Shown here piece after piece: positions 63,190 to 64,000 of a DNA stretch of 64,000 bases. Source of the DNA: Longimicrobiales bacterium (GTDB taxonomy: Bacteria; Gemmatimonadota; Gemmatimonadetes; Longimicrobiales; Gaopeijiaceae); assembly GCA_965238005.1 (NCBI GenBank), contig OZ250165.1, positions 3,328,001-3,392,000 of the forward strand. The letters are read 5' to 3'. The position numbers and the translations under genes were made by a program. The notes beneath the pieces were generated by a model that made no database searches, was not told where the DNA came from, and worked only from the letters and a program-made list of their open reading frames with translations. Every line of letters starts with the position of its first letter. Position 1 is the stretch's first letter.

Positions 63190-63974
63190 GCCTCCACAGC
63201 ACGGCGGGCCATGACGGACACCAGGTGGGCCCGGTACTCCGCGCTGGCGTCCGTGTCCGAGACCAGACCGTCCTGCTCCACGCCGATGCCGTCGAGGGCT
63301 CCCGGCGCGAAGTCGGAGGCCAGAGCGTCTTCCATGGCCTCCACGCGGAAGACCTTATACCCGGCGCCGGACACCGCCACCCGGACGCCGTCGCCGCCCT
63401 GGGCCACCATGACGCCGGTGATGGCGTACTTGGAGGCCGGGTTTGGGAACTTGGCGTAGGCGGCCCTCTCAGGAATCGGGAAGCGGACCGACGTGATGAT
63501 CTCGTCGTCCTCGAGCGGAGTCTCGAACATGCCCACGAAGAAGTCGCCGGCGGCGATCTCACGCCGATCGGTCACGACCGTGGCCCCGAGCGCGACCAGG
63601 GCGGCCGGATAGTCGGCCCCCGGATCACTGTGTGCCACCGAGCCACCCAGCGTGCCTCGGTTCCGCACCTGCGGGTCTCCGATCCCTCCCGCCAGGTCGG
63701 CGAGAGCCGGGATCGCGTCCTGCACTTCGGCGGAGCCGTTCACCTCTGCGTGGGTCATGGCGGCCCCGATCACCAGGGTATCGCCGTCCCGCTGGATTCC
63801 CCGGAGCTCGTCGAGCCCGGCCAGCGACACCACGTCGCTGGGCGCCGCCATGTCCAGCTTCATGATGGGGAGCAGGCTCTGACCACCGGCCATGAACTTG
63901 CCCTCGTCGGTCCCGCGCATGGCGTTCTGTGCCTCGGTCACCGTGCCGGGACGATGGAACGTGAAGTCATCCAT
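63180..63974 (-). CDS. Xanthine/CO dehydrogenase family FAD-binding medium subunit (CoxM-like)
   Basis: [36 protein letters not shown]. Confidence 0.92.
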   Translation of the reverse strand: MDDFTFHRPGTVTEAQNAMRGTDEGKFMAGGQSLLPIMKLDMAAPSDVVSLAGLDELRGIQRDGDTLVIGAAMTHAEVNGSAEVQDAIPALADLAGGIGDPQVRNRGTLGGSVAHSDPGADYPAALVALGATVVTDRREIAAGDFFVGMFETPLEDDEIITSVRFPIPERAAYAKFPNPASKYAITGVMVAQGGDGVRVAVSGAGYKVFRVEAMEDALASDFAPGALDGIGVEQDGLVSDTDASAEYRAHLVSVMARRAVEACA

Positions 63975-64000
63975 TGTTCTTCCCCCTCAGCTCGAGGTCT

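Overview
High-GC bacterial chromosome segment; gene style and synteny suggest Gemmatimonadota, which is an inference. Positions 1-28.9 kb hold the core translation/transcription block on the minus strand: tRNA-Tyr/Gly/Thr, tuf, rpmG, secE, nusG, rplKAJL, rpoBC, then rpsL, rpsG, fusA, tuf, rpsJ, rplCDW. A ~7.2 kb insert between rpoC and rpsL (~7.3-14.5 kb) is the most interesting part. It is a tandemly duplicated module: HPr-kinase-like P-loop kinase -> PqqD/RRE domain fused to an internal twin-arginine-like signal and a hypervariable 8-10 Cys core -> (YkgJ-type Cys-cluster protein in one copy only) -> NTP_transf_5 nucleotidyltransferase. No lasso cyclase, peptidase or radical SAM gene is present, so this is a candidate undescribed RiPP-like system making phosphorylated/nucleotidylated disulfide-rich peptides. 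Positions 29-37.4 kb are accessory: M3 peptidase and bioY pseudogenes, a DUF3179 lipoprotein, an MDR oxidoreductase, tRNA-Thr(TGT), and a 4.4 kb island bounded by a duplicated 5' half of that tRNA which encodes a giant repeat lipoprotein. The rest is housekeeping (cysS, pyrF, pyrD, amidase, smpB, pgi, frameshifted pyk, rnd, DksA-like, fabH, rocD, nitrilase, M28 peptidase) plus a xanthine/CO-dehydrogenase-type accessory cluster and a small CTAG-bounded MITE family. All calls are from motif recognition by eye; no database searches were run.
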